In this document: one piece after another, positions 1 through 14,504 of the stretch
How positions within the stretch are numbered: the first letter of the stretch is position 1
Layout: every line of letters begins with the position of its first letter
DNA from: Eledone cirrhosa
Taxonomy: Eukaryota
Length of the DNA: 64,000 bases
Direction of reading: 5' to 3'
Assembly: GCA_964016885.1 (NCBI GenBank)
Contig: OZ024740.1
Span: forward strand, 269,762,001 to 269,826,000
Notes under the pieces: generated by a model
Told to the model about the DNA's origin: nothing
Database searches by the model: none
What the model saw: only the letters and a program-made list of their open reading frames with translations
Made by a program: the position numbers and the translations under genes

Positions 1-720
1 ATAGGGTGTTGGTAACGGATAAAACCCCTCACCAACGGAACCTGTCCTTTCTGCAAGAAGTTGAAGACAAGCCGCTCAAATTTAGCGAGGCGCGAAATGT
101 GGCAAGTCTCGACGGCAAGTGGTAGTAGATGACGGACGCGATGTACGCGTTCACCCCCTCCACCCGACCTTTCAGAGACAGATTCCTCTCGGCCCATTTC
201 TGTCTCAGGGTGGTTGCCTGTCTTAATTTTTGTCTATATGGAGGGCTGGTCCAAACCAAACCCCGAGCAGCTTTAACTGCACATCTATTCAGCACCCGAC
301 GACGATGTTGGACGGCATGGTCTTGCCTATCCAGTTACCGATCAGCAAGCCCACCGTTATTTCTGCGTTTAGTTTCGCTCCCGTCAACCCTTTATATTCC
401 TCCAAGAAAGTGCCGACCATTCCGATTTCTGAGGTGTTCGACACCATCACGGTGATGTCGTCCTCCTATGCCGACACAGCCTTTCCACATCCCGACTCGA
501 GTGGGATGCCCTGCAACAGCTCCAGCTTCCGCAGTAAAGGCTTGAGAGTCAATACATACAGAAGGGAGGGGGAGACGGCACCTCTGACGGACCAATCGGG
601 AGATATGAAACGGTTCCGAAAGTTGGCCATTAACTTTGACCCCGAGCAGATGTCGCTGTTGATTGCAGCAATCCAGCTTCTGAAGACGGGACCGAAGCCA
701 GTTGCCTTGAGGAAAGCTTT
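1..720 (-). mobile_element. Degenerate RT fragment of a Tx1/L1-clade LINE
   Basis: Minus-strand translations (QKWAERNLSLKGRVEGVNAYIASVIYY; VNGQLSEPFHISRLVRQ; SAY-EDD) match the RT at ~18410-19150. Has frameshifts and stops. Confidence 0.9.
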
Positions 721-2261
721 CCCTAATCCCTTTGTAGGTGTCGAGCGTCATTCTTACCAGAAACAAATCTTATTGCACGTTAAATGTCCTCGTTCCAAAA
801 ATCGACACGTCTTTCTCGATTTCTTGTCTTCGTGCTATGAGAGTTATCAATTCCTTGTTGGCTCTTCTTACAAGCACGAAATGTTGTGTGCTTTGTTGTT
901 GTGATTTTACTCGTTTGCGTATTGGTGGTTGTGGTGGGGATGGTGTGTTGTGTTTTGGATGTGACTGTGTTTGTTGAGGGTGTGTTGTCTGCGATTTCAG
1001 TTGTTTGTGTGCTCTTTTGTTCTTGTGTTTGTTGTGGTTGTTTGCGTTTGGGGGAATCTGGTGGTAATTGTTGTGTTCTTGTGGAAGTGCTTGTGTTTGT
1101 TATACGTGAGGTTTCTGCATATTCTGTTCTGATGTGTGGAGTCTTTTAGTGTGCCTTCTTATTTTATTTTTATTTTTAGGAATGCGGACTCTTACAGTTT
1201 TTTTTCCCATGTGGGATGGATACATGATGACCGTGCTGGTTTTTCAAGGGGTCACCGAGTGTTTCATAGCGAGGGCTTCTCAAACAGTGCCATCTCTGAT
1301 GCACCTCAGCGCAGTTTTGGGTTCTGCTTGGAGATTGATGGTCGCGTTTTTAGTCTGCACTGAAATGCATCTAAAGACTACTGTTCTCCTCTCCCCCGTT
1401 TGTATGGCCTCCGCCAGTACAGTTGAGTTGGCTCAGGTTTGCTCTTGTTTAATGAGCTTCCATGTCTGGGCCAACGTTTTGTCTTTTGGGCTGAGGTACA
1501 TGCAAAAGCGTGGTCCGTTTTCGGCTGCTGCACCAGCGAAATAGTTCTTGTTGTTGTCTGTGTTGCTGTTGTTGGTCACATTGTTGTTGGTGATGTTGTT
1601 GGTGATGTTGTTGGTGTTGTCGCTGTTGCAGTTGGTGTTAGCGTTGTTCCTGGTGCAGTTGCTGTAGCTTTCGTTGTTGCAGTTGGTGTTGGTGTTGTTC
1701 TTGGTGCAGATGCTGTTGTTGTTGTCGCTGTTGTAGTGGTTGTTGGTGCTGTTCTTGGTGCAGTTGTTGATGCTTTCGTTGCTGCAGTTAGTGTTGGTGT
1801 TATTTTTAATTACGTTGTTGCTCTAGACGTTGTTGATGCCGTTGTTTTCTTCACTTGTGTCGTTGTGGCAGTTGGTGCTGTCGTTGTGGATGTTATTGTT
1901 GGTGGTGTTGCTAATTTTCTTGTTGCATGTTGTGTTTCTAATTGTTATTTTGTATCCACAATGGTGCTTGTTGTTGTGTTATCCCTTCTCTCAACCTTTA
2001 TGTTGCCGTCACGAGACAGCAGAATCAATGTTGGAGGGGGCGACTTTCGTCCATGGTTTTTTAGAGAAAAAGAAAATATAAAGCAGTTCAAAGGTCCAAA
2101 TATTTGGGCCACAAGGCTCAAATATTATCAACTCTCCCCTTCATAGGGCAAGGACGGGAGGCTTGCGACCCTTTTTCAAAAAATATAACAATTAATACAA
2201 ATCAAAATCTTGAAAATGCACTACTTGCGGAGTTCACAAAAACATGTCTTAACTGCCAGCC
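721..2261 (-). mobile_element. 5' UTR and decayed ORF1 of the same Tx1-like copy, fused to the RT fragment (endonuclease region deleted)
   Basis: Minus strand ~1180-1290 reads EALAMKHSVTP*KTSTVIMYPSHMGKKTVRVRIP, similar to ORF1 EAKAQSVVTLRSEEMVLVPSYGGQKIVRVKL. T/N/Q-rich tracts. Begins next to an (ATT)n run. Confidence 0.7.
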
Positions 2262-2269
2262 AATAATAA

Positions 2270-2660
2270 TAATAATTGTTTCTACTTTTGGCACAAGGCC
2301 AGCAATTAATCAGTGTATTACTGGTACTTTATTTTATCGACCCCGTAAGGATGAAAGGCAAAGTTAATCTGGGTGGGATTTGAACTCAGTCCGTAAAGGG
2401 ACGTAACTGTGCTGCAAAGCATGGCGTCCGACCCTCTACCGATACTGCCAATCCACCGCCCTTAATAATAATAATTATTATTTCTACTTTTGGCACAATG
2501 CCAGCAATTACCCAGTGCCAACATCTTTGTGGAGGGGGAACGTAGTTTAAATCGATCCCAGTGCATTATAGCTACTTCATTTTATCGACCCCATAAGGGT
2601 AAAAGTTAACCTGGGTGTGATTTGAGATCAGAATGTAAAAGGACGTAACTATGTGCCGCG
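2270..2660 (-). mobile_element. Two tRNA-derived SINE copies (family 1)
   Basis: Reverse complement of the recurring GAGTTCAAATCCC (B-box-like)...TTTCATCCTTACGGGGTCGATAAAATAAAGTACCAG...GGCCTTGTGCC consensus. Confidence 0.85.
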
Positions 2661-4657
2661 AAAGTAGAAGGAGAAGGAATGCCCCCAAAGGACCTTTGGT
2701 CATTGGTTATGACTCACTATTTTGGTATAGTATCGCTATAACATGTGCCAGAACAAAGCGTTCCGAATAATAACAATAATAACAATAACAACAACAACAA
2801 CAATTATAATAAAGATGATGATATTATCCAACAGTCACGGTACATAGGCGTATTATATACTTTATAGTAAATACTCACGAACTTTCAGGTTCTGAATTTA
2901 AAATCCATGGATATTGATTTTTGCCTTGTATGCTTCTAAGTGAGAGACAAAGCAGTCAGAAATGCATTGTGGAAATGTAGTGGAAATATACAACTCAATC
3001 AAAATTGTGTCAATGTAAAACTTCATTATCAATAATAGAGTGGCGAATGACAGAATCCCTGGATCGTTGGGAGAATGCCTTGTTTTATTTAGTGACATAT
3101 CTTTCTTTAACTTCTGAAATTAAATTCCGAAGTGCTCAATATTTCTTTCATCCTTCTTGAATGTTTGAATGTGTAAAGGTTAAGCAGACTGGGATCGATT
3201 TGATTTACTTTACTCATCCTCTTGAAATATTTGGTTGTGTGCCTACGTTAGAAGTCACTATAATTATTGATATTTCTCTCTTGGTGTATTTTACACTTGG
3301 AAATATGATACATCGAACATGATGCCTAAAAAGCATATTGTTAAGTTCTCTATTCGCGATATCAACAACATCGATCCAAGCATTTATATGAAACAAACAA
3401 AAGGTACCAAAAAAAAAAAAAAAAACACTTGAACGTACGCAGAAAATGTCAAAAAAAAAATAAAAACTTGCAAAAATGTATCTTAAGTATTTTGTAAATT
3501 TTTGATCTAAGAATAACATTTGAAAACGCCCAATATAATTACAACTGTAATTTCACTTACTGCAAAGTAGTTGCAGGTTGTAATGACATTTGTACAGCTA
3601 ACTATACACATGTATTTTGAGCATATATCATAAAAATAACTAAAATACCTAATTATAGCCAAATCCCACCCACACCAAACTGCATCATTGTAAACAAAGA
3701 AAGATATATTGACCAACGTTGCACTAGATAGCACTGAAAAGCATAATGGCTTGATTATATCTTTGATTAAAGCTCTGCTCGGTCAAAATAGAGCTAATGT
3801 TAAACAACAAACATAGACCAGCAGATTTTCGACCAAAGCGAGTAATTAGATCTGATAATAATAGTAGCTAAATATCGCTTCATTTACAAATTATCATATT
3901 AAAATTGGAAGGACGTATTGGGTAATTGTTTCCTAAGTGGTGTAATCAAAGTTGATATGGAGTAAAACAATAGAAAGTTATAATTTGTTAGTCAATACGT
4001 AACATAAATATAGGTTTTGTTGTTGTCAATGTTTTGCGCAAGTTCAATCTTTTATGGAACATATTTCTGATCAAATATTTCAGCGGTGACATTCCTGTGG
4101 TTTTGTATATATAACAGGGTAATTGTTAATGTCACGTTATTTTAAGACGCTAGTTTGTGATTTGATTGAAATGTGTTAATTTTTCTGTCATACAGAGTGA
4201 TGCCTGCAGAGCGACACATGATGGTCTGAAAATAGAGTATTTTGAATAAGTGAAACTTAACTCTATAAACAGCAACAGGAATGGATATAAATTGATCGAT
4301 ATGTCGTGAAATTGACGGATTTTGCTTCGGCTCCACACAAGCCAGGTTAATGAAATTGGGAGACATAAACGGTTTCGAAGTCTATCAGATGAATTGTACC
4401 TTTAATTCAAAAGGCCAACCTTATAAGAATGTTTCACGCTGAAACTCCCAAAGAATTACGCTAATGGTGCACGTGGATGAAGAATGCTTAGCCACTTACG
4501 AGTTAATTTTAAGAACAGATTTTTCCGTTGTTTAAATAATTGGAACATTCATTGTCGAAATCAATGATGGTCCGTTCGATTCCTATATGTAAAATATATT
4601 CACTCACCTTTCATCTGTCACATATGACATTCGTTGTCACAAATATAGACAGAGAAA

Positions 4658-4688
<31 letters not shown>

Positions 4689-4781
4689 AATGTCTTTACC
4701 GCTTCATATACGAAGGTAAATACGTACATTCTCGTCCGTGTTCATTGTAAGACATCAAAGCAAGCATCGCTGCACAATCAA

Positions 4782-4817
<36 letters not shown>

Positions 4818-4825
4818 ACACACAC

Positions 4826-4856
<31 letters not shown>

Positions 4857-4859
4857 GTG

Positions 4860-5926
4860 GTAGAACATTGGAAGGTAATGTCCGTAGTGGTATAGCACTC
4901 AGTCCATGGGACGAGTGCTCTACCACAGGGCGGCACCCTACTATAACACAGCGTTAGCTAACAGCGGCTTCTCGCAACCTATCACTTACTCTCCCACTAA
5001 CAACAACAGTAATAAGAAAAGAAAGTGCTAACAATAGACAAACTATCTGGTTCTCTCCTCCCTTCTCACTCAACGTTAAAACCAATGTAGGCAAAACATT
5101 TCTAGCCCTCTTAGATAGACACTTTCCCATAGGTCATATATACCGCTCCATATTCAACCGACACAAAGTAAAACTAGGATACACCTGCGCCAAGAACGAG
5201 AAGGCCCACATCACCAACAGCCCTAATAGCTACACCCCACCAGGGTGCTCTTGCCGTAAGCCCGAAACTTGTCCCCTTCAACAGCAATGCAACACACACA
5301 CACTGTAGTTTATGAAGCTGTGCTCACTTCCAACCGACCAAATCAACCACAGGTGGTCAAATCCTATGTGGGTATGGTGGAGGGCCGATTTAAGGAACGC
5401 TTCCTGAAACACAAGTGACCTTTAGGTACCCGGACAGACGTTCCTCCACGAAACTCGCGAGCAACGTATGATCCCTCAAGGACTCAAGTATAGACTATTC
5501 CATTCAATGGAAAGCCATCACTAAGTTCAAGCCATACGCAAGGGGCCTATGTCGTGTGGACTATGTATTGATGAACGAATAAATATTCTAAAGAGATTAC
5601 GTAATAGTGATTGCCTAAGCACGAGAAATGAATTCTTCACATGTTGTCCACGCGTCTATAAACACCTCTTACATAATTACAAAGCTCCGGATTGAATTAC
5701 AACATTCTAATGTACTTATCAACTTGAAACTTTCGGACTTCGCAGTTATCTCCCTTACACCTCTCGGACGCAATTTAGTATTGCCTGTGTGAAGTGATCG
5801 TTTCTGCGCATTCGCGTTCGAACGGTTGTACTTCCTGTTCCGTATAATCATGTCCATTACGAGTTGAGGATCCGCTAAGGTGAAACAATTGTTCTCAATA
5901 TGGTGAACTATCTGTTGTGTAACCAC
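4860..5926 (+). mobile_element. Penelope-like element fragment (Naiad/Neptune-type linker plus GIY-YIG endonuclease) with pLTR
   Basis: Translates as IWFSPPFSLNVKTNVGKTFL..RHFP..IFNRHKVK; GCSCRKPETCPLQQQC; VVYEA..SYVGM..RFKERF..H; CGLC..E. Has frameshifts. Followed by a hammerhead motif. Confidence 0.85.
5861..5896 (+). ncRNA. Minimal type I hammerhead-like motif in PLE pLTR
   Basis: gag TTGAGGA tcc gctaa ggt GAAAC aatt GTT ctc; sister copies near 27970-28005 (-) and 28058-28094 (+) have CTGAG(G/A)A. Confidence 0.65.
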
Positions 5927-5927
5927 T

Positions 5928-5959
<32 letters not shown>

Positions 5960-5986
5960 GAAGTGGTTACACAACAGATAGTTCAC

Positions 5987-6027
<41 letters not shown>

Positions 6028-6061
6028 AGTGTAATTTACTACACAAAACGAAGGTTATAGG

Positions 6062-6165
6062 GAAAATTGAGGTTGGTAATGGCACATGGAATATATAAGA
6101 GACAGAATACTTTTTTGTATTCTGTCTCTTATATATTCCATGTGCCATTACCAACCTCAATTTTC
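6062..6165. repeat. Perfect ~100-bp palindrome in (TA)n
   Basis: GAAAATTGAGGTTGGTAATGGCAC...GAATAC tttttt GTATTC...GTGCCATTACCAACCTCAATTTTC. Confidence 0.9.
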
Positions 6166-6186
6166 TCTCTCTCTATATATATATAC

Positions 6187-6251
<65 letters not shown>

Positions 6252-6309
6252 TACGTACATATATATACATATATAAATATATATATATATAAATATATAA
6301 ATATATAAG

Positions 6310-7675
6310 TAAGATGTATGGTAGGTCGTATGTGAATCGCGATGATCACGTTTGACTTACCAAATATGTGACGGTAGCTAGTTAAGCTCTATGCCTGACC
6401 GTTAATAGTGTTCTGATTACTTGTTGATTGGGCAGGAATATATATTGTTGTCTTTGTTGATCCTGTATCAATAACTTTGTGATAATTTTGTAATAATTTT
6501 ATGATAATTTTGTAATAATTTTGCGATAATTTTATGATAATTTGATAATTTTGTAATGATTTTGTGGTAATTTTGTGATGATTTGATAATTTTGTAATGA
6601 TTTTGTGGTAATTTTGTAATAATTTTTTAATAATTTTTAATCCTGTATCAATAATTTTAGAATGTTTTTTTTTGTGATAATACATTGTTAGATCACTGAA
6701 GCTACCTTATACCTTCTTAAAGATACATTTTATAATTATTGTCTTTTTGCTTATGTATTTTCTTAGTTACCACTTTCTTTAATCTTGCCCATCTTGATAA
6801 ACTCCTTGAATTGCTCCCTAATTAAATTACTTAAATTGCTTAGATTATTGTATCTATTATGCCTAAGTTGTATCTGTTGAAGCAGCCCTTTGAAAATTCC
6901 TCGGATATCCCAAATACCGTAATTTTTAATTTTTAACTTTTAATGTATAATTTTCCTCAATTCGTTTTTATATTTATCCTTAAAGGCTCTCTAAAATTTT
7001 AATTCTTCGAAGGGTCTCTCGGAAGAAGTTCCTATTGGAAATATTAAAGGGGCCTTTTCTGAGAGATTTATGGAAGGCTCTCTGAATTAACCTCTAATTG
7101 ATTAGTTTCTTTCAACCTAGTTTTCAATTCAGTTTTCTGAATTTTGTAAACGTGATCTCGGGGGAAGAAGGTTTTTTTCGCTTTCGGAAAAATTTTTTTT
7201 TCTCTAGAAGAAATTTCATAGGAACTTTATATATTTTTTAGGGAAACTTTATATTTTTATTTTCTTATTTTATTAGCCTCTTAATTTTCTTCTAGTCTAC
7301 TAGGTTTATTGGAGCCTGTAAGCTTTATGCACTCATTGAGGGATTTTCTAAGGTGCTTCTACGGGACCCCAAGTCTTTTAGTTTAATGTTGATGCGTAAA
7401 TTATATATTTTTGTTTAATTTTTAAACTTCAATCCCTGACCCCGACAACTAATATAAAAGAGCCCCCCTTAGAATATTGACCCCAACTATACAAGCGGAG
7501 TTGCTGATGTATACAACAATTTCAAACTGCTAACCTTGAGTGATACGTTGATGTAAACAATGATCTTGCAATCACATGTTATATGCCTTGATAAGTCCCA
7601 CCATGGGGTCGGACGAAACGGCTGTCGGCAATAAACTTGTTATAATGTCATAATAGTTCCTTTGTTCTTTTTCAC
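6310..7675. mobile_element. Heavily decayed Penelope-like remnant with internal ~11-bp tandem repeat (6475-6680)
   Basis: AT-rich skewed sequence bounded by (TA)n, ending in a hammerhead-like motif plus AATAAA. Protein similarity is weak. Confidence 0.4.
7584..7630 (+). ncRNA. Minimal type I hammerhead-like motif
   Basis: tgcc TTGATAA gtcc..ggac GAAAC ggct GTC ggca, then AATAAA. Core differs from CUGAUGA at two positions. Confidence 0.65.
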
Positions 7676-7677
7676 TA

Positions 7678-8578
<901 letters not shown>

Positions 8579-8679
8579 GAAGTGGTTACAAAACAGATAG
8601 TTATATATATGTATATATATATAACGGCGATGAATTAATTTTGCGAGGTTTTTAATATGAAATCGTGTGTCGAAACAAA

Positions 8680-9188
8680 TATTGTTATACTTGGGGAGGG
8701 TCATATGTGTGTAATAATATTGCCAGAATTAATAACAGAACACACTCACTGTTTAGTTGGTTTTCGCTTCTGTGTCTTTTATATCGGTTAATTTAATTTA
8801 TTCGGTCCTCAATGTTACCATTGACTAACCAACGGTCAAAAATACAGATACAATATAGACACAAACACATATATATAGTCTAACAAAGTTCTTTCGTTGC
8901 ACACCTGCAACATCATCAGTGGTACTATTATGTTTCCTCCCGTTGTATTGTATGCCTACGCCATCTTTATTTAGTCTGTTTATTTATTTATTTATTTGTT
9001 TGTTTATCTTTTGTCTTCTCTGCGCATGCATTTGCGTGTCAGTTAATGGTAACATTGAGGACCGAATAAATTAAATTAACCAATATAAAAAACACAGAAG
9101 CGAAAACCAACCAAACAGTGAGTGTGTTCTGTTATTAATTCTGAGAATATTATTACACAAATATGACCCTCCCCAAGTATAATAATAT
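8680..9188. mobile_element. Non-autonomous foldback element with ~150-bp inverted arms and an internal hammerhead-like core
   Basis: 8680-8830 is the reverse complement of 9038-9188. Minus strand at ~8890-8922 reads CTGATGA t gttgca ggtg tgcaac GAAA. Arm homolog at 25350-25450. Confidence 0.75.
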
Positions 9189-9480
9189 ATATATATATAT
9201 ATGTGTATATATATATATATATATACATATGCAAAAGTTTTATTTAAAATTGTTGGGTTACAACAAGTAAATATTTTATAACTGATATAAAGAACTCGAC
9301 AAGTTTTGGGAGTAGATATACGATATTAAACAAATGGAAACTATATTTATAAAACCATATTTATTTCATTATACATATTTCAGGGATACCATATTAAAAA
9401 TATGGCATGCCTTCGTCAGATAAAATACAATATATAACCAGTTCTATAAATAATTTTATAGTTTCTATTTGTTTAATATC

Positions 9481-9549
<69 letters not shown>

Positions 9550-9837
9550 GTGGCACTAACAAAGTGTAGTTTATCAGAGGGGTGTATTATATGAAAGGAT
9601 ATACGATATTCCAGAGTCTCATTGTCAATTTTGTTTAATCTGTGATCATGTCACAGTCATCTCAGTTGCGGGGATATGTCAGACAGAAGTGTATGGACTT
9701 TTATCCGCTATCGCTGAGATTTACTCATTACTGAGACAAAAATCGGTTAAAGCCGATATAGAATTCGTGTATGGAACATTGGCTGAAAATGTTCAAATGA
9801 TATAATGATTCATTATGGGGGAGGATATAAATGCACG

Positions 9838-10187
<350 letters not shown>

Positions 10188-10219
10188 CTCTATACAGCTA
10201 TGCATGAAACTAAATCCTA

Positions 10220-10284
<65 letters not shown>

Positions 10285-10289
<5 letters not shown>

Positions 10290-10567
10290 AAAGTCTGTCT
10301 TAAGGCAGAAGGCTCATTTGGCCGGTGCTTATCACGGTTTCATGGCGTGGCGCCACTGAGAGTACAAGACTCGCCCCTGGACAGGACGCCAGTCTATCGC
10401 AGGGTTAAACCTCCAGCTAATGCTGGTACTTATTTTCAGCTGAGTATACTGGAGCAACGTGAAATGAAGTGTTTTGCTCAAGAACACAACACGCAGCCCA
10501 GGAATCAGATCCACGAGATTATGATCGTAAGTCTAACACTCTTATCACTAGTCCACGTGCCTCCACA
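10285..10567 (-). mobile_element. tRNA-derived SINE (family 2)
   Basis: tRNA-like head at the right end on the minus strand. Close copy at 33737-34020; partial relatives near 29960-30190, 33370-33625 and 45270-45470. Confidence 0.8.
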
Positions 10568-10627
10568 TATATATATATATATACATACATATATATATCA
10601 GGATAGAACGCGTTTAAATATCTCTCT

Positions 10628-10822
<195 letters not shown>

Positions 10823-10832
10823 CATATATATA

Positions 10833-11535
10833 CGGGGTAACAAATTATTGTTATAGGTAGTCCACTTAAGTGTAGTCCAGTTATGGTACTCCGGGTAGTG
10901 GATGGTATCAACGCTTGGCTAAGTTTGACTCAACAAGGCGTTTCCATGGTGATGTAGCGAGTACGCTGTAATTTCTAAGTTGTAAACACTTGGAGTAATG
11001 AAAACGCTTTCATCTAATATAGACCACACAAATATTACTATCCTCACTACAGTGATAAATTCTTCATCTGTCAGATAATTAATTATTCTTACGACCACCA
11101 GACCTACATTGTTTTAAGCCACCGGCTTATCTTTACACTATATATAATACACCTCATGACAGCTTTTACATGTCAATTTTATACATCTGCCTCATGTCAG
11201 CTAGTTTTACACGCTAAAATCATAGATATACTATACTTCCCACCTAGATTGATGTTGTGATTATTTCAAATAATTTATCGCTAGCATTGTTAGTATTGTT
11301 GTTATTGTTCTGATTGAATGCCATTACTACTATATATAGTAGCCATGCCTGTATATTCTTTTCATTCTCACAAGCTCCGATGAATTGACTGGTTATAACT
11401 TTGTATTGGTGATCGAATAACGTGAAAACAAGCTGGTAGCGATCTCTAGACCTACCAGTTCAGAGAAAGAATTGTCACCAATGAGATTAAAAACCTTTTT
11501 TGTATAGCAAGCCGTGTCACTCTTCTTTCCTGATT
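10833..11535 (+). mobile_element. Possible decayed Penelope-like GIY-YIG 3' fragment
   Basis: Weak motif IDHTNITILTT..RPTL, bounded by (TA)n, with a degenerate CCGATGA..GAAA motif. Confidence 0.35.
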
Positions 11536-11599
11536 TATATATATATATATATAAATATATATATATGTGTGTGTGTGTGTATGTGTGTGTGTGTGTATA

Positions 11600-11658
<59 letters not shown>

Positions 11659-12009
11659 AATAGATAGATAGTTAGATAGTTAGATAGATAAATGGATAGC
11701 TAAATATTTACACAGATCAGCAATACATTGTACAATGGGTTTTATTTCAAGTATTTACATATGATTCATTGTCATGTTTGGAAGCCCATCTGGAATTCGC
11801 TAATCCCAATAATCTATTGGGAAAAATCGAATTCAAATATGGTGAAAAATGTGTTTATGAACAGAGAATAACGACTTGTATTAGTTAAGACCATATATGT
11901 ATGGTAGGCGTGTTAATGGACAAAGGGGTAGACATCAAAAGGAAAGAACGGTCCTCGATAAGCGTTGCTATATGATGATAACTCGTATACCTATATATAT
12001 ATATATATA

Positions 12010-13028
12010 TCATTATTTATAAAAGGCAGATTGTTGTTGTTGTGTGTGTGTGCATGTTCAATGTTTATACATTTGCACAATTTCAAACCGATTCGACTCA
12101 AAGTCTGTAAGAATGTTTTAAATGGTCTAACTTAGGTCAACGACTCTTTATTTATTTCAAACTCACCCACAATTACGGAAATAATCGATAAAACTAAATA
12201 CATGACGCTTTACCCTTCTAATACAATCTGATTCTCTCTCTCTACTCTCCTTAAAATTCGATAAAACTACATACATGCTGATGCTGCAACTTTCTCTTAT
12301 ATACGCTTAAATTTACAAACTTCCTTTAGGAACGCCGAAGAAAGAAGAGAGAAAGAATTGAAGGAGAGAGAGAGAGAAGAGAGTGAGAGAGATAGAGAGA
12401 GAACGTTTGTTCTTGAGTGTGGAACGGTCAAACATTTATTTACTTCAATGACAACGACAACTTATTACATTACTTCAATGACAATGACAACTTATTACAT
12501 TTTATACGAAACAACAATTATTCATAAGCAACAGATAAATTTATTCAACAACAAAAGAAAATAGCGATAAATCTTTTTTTAAACATCTCTCAACGAACGT
12601 GGAAGAAATAAGTATCAGTTTATTTACTATACACAATAATATCCTCTACGAGGTCACTAAACCTGATAGAAACAGAAGCTAACTCTCCCCCACATCACAC
12701 CCCTCCCTACTGCCTTAAATTTAGAAAACACACATTAGACAACCATGCAGAAGAACTCCATCGCAGCTCCGTTGTTCGGCTGGCATCGTCTACGCGCGTG
12801 TTGCGCAAGTACTGTAAAACAATAAATTTCAACACTTCTTTGCACAGATATAATATCCATAGGCGAAACTACAATTGTCACTGCTGGCGCAGCTCCTGCT
12901 TCGGCAGTCAAGGTCTGCAATTCATTCACCCAGTGCCTGGCAAAAAAAAAGGTGCTGCCATAAAATGGGTGGTGCAACCTAACTTTGGTAACTTACTGAC
13001 CCCGAGCAACGCCGGGCTTTAATGCTAG
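12010..13028 (+). mobile_element. Non-autonomous Helitron
   Basis: 5' TC(ATTATTTATAAAAG); 3' GC-rich hairpin CCCGAGCAACGCCGGG then CTAG; inserted between A and T with no TSD. Confidence 0.8.
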
Positions 13029-13164
13029 TATATTATAAAACAAAAAATCAGTGATGCATCTGAAGTCAATTTATTGTGTGTTACAATTGTTTCGCTGGCG
13101 ACAGCTCGAGACGCGTTCATCGTGTGGGTCTGTCTGATTCTGGAACCGCAGGTTCGATGGACAC

Positions 13165-13225
13165 GTCTAATGATTTCGGAGCATATTCTTCCACGTGGAA
13201 GAATATGCTCCGAAATTATTAGGCG
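13165..13225. repeat. ~60-bp near-perfect palindrome
   Basis: CTAATGATTTCGGAGCATATTCTTCCAC|GTGGAAGAATATGCTCCGAAATTATTAG. Confidence 0.9.
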
Positions 13226-13420
13226 GTGGATTGGCAGTGTCGGTAGAAGGTCGGGCGTCATGCTTTGCTGCATAGAGTTACGGCCTTTGCCATTCTGTGT
13301 TCAAATCCCGCCGAGGTTAACTTTGCCTTTCATCCTTACGGATAAATAACATCGGTAAAATAAAGTACCAGTAATGCACTGGGTAATTGCTGGCCTTGTG
13401 CCTAAAGTAGAAACAATTAT
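13225..13420 (+). mobile_element. SINE family 1 copy
   Basis: Matches family consensus and ends in (ATT)n. Confidence 0.85.
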
Positions 13421-13444
13421 TATTATTATTATTATTATTATTGT

Positions 13445-14262
13445 TCTTTGAGTCTCAGTCATTGATGTTATTTAACTGGAAAGTTTGTTGAAATGAATAT
13501 CGAGCCACTACCTGCAGCCTCAGATATTCAGGACGTATCGGAGGGTTCTTGCTGTTCCTAGCAAGCATGCCTTTTGAAGTGTTCCAAAAATAGGGGCGGG
13601 ATCAATTTTCTTTAACCATCCTTGGAAACTCTTTGAGATAGTACCTAGTGCGCCTATGACAATCGGGATCATTTTGACGTCATGGCAGTTCCAAATCCTT
13701 TCTACATCCCACTTTAAGTCTTGGTATCGGTTAATTTTCTCCCTCTCCTTCTCTTGCACTCTTGTGTCGAATGGGCAGGCTACATCCACAATCAGGCACG
13801 ATCATTTTTCCTTGTCCAAAACCACCAGGTCAGGTCTATTGTGTTCCAGTTTCTTGTCCGTCTGTATCCTAAAATCCCTGATCGTTTTCTATCACCGACT
13901 CTGGCTTATGCTCATACCACTTCTCACAATGTGGTAAATTGTTTACTTTGCATAGGTGCCAGTGGATCACCCTGCCCATCACATCATGTCTCCAGCCATT
14001 ATAGTGAGTCTGGGCTAGTCGTTTACACTCGGATACAATGTGAGCCACAGTCACCTCTTTCTCTCCACAGATCTTACACAGTGGGCTAGCCTCCTCCTTG
14101 CCAATATGGTGTTTCACCCACTTCGTTTTGAGGGCCTGCTCTTGCACAGCCATTAGCATTCCTTCTGTAGCCTTTTTAAGGTCTCCTCTTTTCAACCAAT
14201 TCCATGTCTGTGGATCTCTAAATTCAGTTTTCTCAAAGAAGTTACTATGAAGGGATTTTTCA
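13445..14262 (-). mobile_element. 5'-truncated R4/Dong-like non-LTR retrotransposon (CCHC finger plus restriction-like endonuclease)
   Basis: CKICGEKEVTVAHIVSEC, RHD, RPD..IVDVACP..EKINRY, IPIVIGALG motifs; flanked by (TTA)n on both sides. Confidence 0.9.
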
Positions 14263-14504
14263 TATTATTATTATTATTATTATTACTGAATGCTATGGTT
14301 GACGGAGGCTCGGCTGTGTAAGGTATTGTAAATTTTGAACGTTATAACAATTGTAAATTGTTTAAAACTTTAACGAACTTCTAGACAAAATCACCCTCCT
14401 CCTCGTGAGAGGGGTCTTTCTGCCCGTTATTTGGACCTTCGGGGTTAAATAACTGCTTATTGGGGTTTTGTGCCCAATATTTATTTTAAACAAAAAAAAA
14501 CAAC

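Noticed and set aside
1439-2146. Hydrophobic 235-aa Val-rich ORF as a membrane protein
   Set aside because: Antisense reading of the T/N/Q-rich LINE ORF1 region.
2090-2175. Possible U2 snRNA target sequence, as for Keno-type Tx1 elements
   Set aside because: No match to the conserved U2 sequence; better explained as the element's own 5' UTR.
5410-5480. In-frame TGA codons in the Naiad-like ORF as selenocysteine
   Set aside because: They do not fall at Cys positions, the copy is also frameshifted, and I could not identify a SECIS element.
13225-13320. SINE heads as functional tRNA genes
   Set aside because: Only A/B-box-like remnants attached to SINE bodies; no complete cloverleaf.
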